Made by a program: the position numbers and the translations under genes | Origin: Eledone cirrhosa | Lineage: Eukaryota | Reading direction: 5' to 3' | Length of the DNA stretch: 64,000 nucleotides | NCBI GenBank assembly: GCA_964016885.1 | Contig: OZ024740.1 | Location: 53,382,001 to 53,446,000 of the forward strand | The notes under the pieces: generated by a model | Told to the model about the DNA's origin: nothing | The model's input: only the letters and a program-made list of their open reading frames with translations | Databases searched by the model: none | Shown: positions 63,133 through 64,000 of the stretch, piece by piece | How the letters are laid out: every line of letters starts with the position of its first letter | Position numbering within the stretch: position 1 is the stretch's first letter

Positions 63133-63686
63133 ATTTTGAAGACCTTACGCTATTGTTTTAAAGTAGTGACTATGTCACTTACTTCATTTTTCAATAAACA
63201 AAGGGAGATAAGCTGACAGATCTCTGTTTCATACTGTTGGTATTCCTCAGAGCTTAGCTGAAGGTCTTCAAAATGCTTTTAATTAAGCATACAGTGTATT
63301 ACTAAATACACTATATATATATTCATATATACATCGCTACTCAGAGCACCAATTCTAATTTTCAATATTTGCTGGACCGGCATCCGCTCTGTATAATCAG
63401 TTCCTGATTATTACTGGAATTCTATAAGAATCCAACATTCATAATTTTCAACAGACAAGGGGAGTGCTAATCTCTGAGGAATACCAACAGTATGAAACAG
63501 AGATCTGTAAGCTTATCTCCCTTTGTTTGTTGAAAAGAGAAGTAAGTGACATAGTCACTACTTTAAAACAATAGCGTAAGGTCTTCAAAATGCTTTTATT
63601 TAAGCATACAATGTATTACCAAATACACTATATATACATTCATAGATATATATATCGCTATTTCAGAGCACCAATTCTAATTTTCA
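63133..63686. mobile_element. Diverged 317-bp retrozyme-like relative of the 310-bp array (inverted arm + about 1.3 units)
   Basis: AAGGTCTTCAAAATG at 63261 and 63578. Shares ATCGCTATTTCAGAGCA, GGACCGGCA.CCGCTCT, CAGTTCCTG and ATTCTATAAG with the array unit. 63133-63257 is inverted. Confidence 0.88.
63209..63256 (-). ncRNA. Type I hammerhead (plus-strand copy at 63468-63515)
   Basis: UAAGCU-CUGAGGA-AUAC CAACA GUAU-GAAA-CAGAGAUCUG-UC/AGCUUA. Confidence 0.9.
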
Positions 63687-63707
63687 TATATATATATATG
63701 TATATAT

Positions 63708-63948
63708 TAATAATAATAAATTTCAAGACTAAAATCCAAAGAGGGCTCGATAAGGATAAATATATATCAAATATATAAGAACCGTAGAACAAATATTTAT
63801 TAAAATAACAGATTAAAGTTTAAGCAAAGAATCGCTGCTTTCACCCTTAACGGGATCTTCTGAAACTAAGTTAGTTTCAGAAGATCCCGTTAAGGGTGAA
63901 AGCAGCGATTCTTTGCTTAAACTTTAGTCTGTTATTTTAATAAATATA
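63708..63948. mobile_element. Minimal hairpin insertion of the family 1 HHR plus tail
   Basis: Fold-back at CTTCTGAAACTAA-G-TTAGTTTCAGAAG (centre 63870). (TA)n flanks. Confidence 0.92.
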
Positions 63949-63966
63949 TATATGTATATATATATG

Positions 63967-64000
<34 letters not shown>

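Overview
AT-rich, microsatellite-saturated eukaryotic DNA with no recognisable host gene. The SINE content suggests an octopod cephalopod (inference). The window is a nest of retroelements. It holds three Naiad-type Penelope-like elements (RT + GIY-YIG; 1.9-4.4, 4.6-8.7 and 22.0-26.8 kb) plus a decayed fourth, one Neptune-like Penelope, two L1/Tx1 LINEs, two R4/Dong-type RLE fragments, RTE fragments, tRNA-derived SINEs and hAT/Tc2 MITE ends. The main hidden signal is a (TA)n-targeted hammerhead-ribozyme (HHR) system: more than a dozen unrelated HHR motifs, about 40 copies, all found by eye. These include (i) a 5.8-kb head-to-head array of a near-invariant 310-bp retrozyme-like unit carrying 18 HHRs, (ii) a diverged 317-bp relative whose stems covary with it, (iii) core variants U4A, U4C and U3-A8, and (iv) an HHR whose three strands occur in a non-circularly-permuted order. 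All folds were derived by eye and none has been tested for activity.
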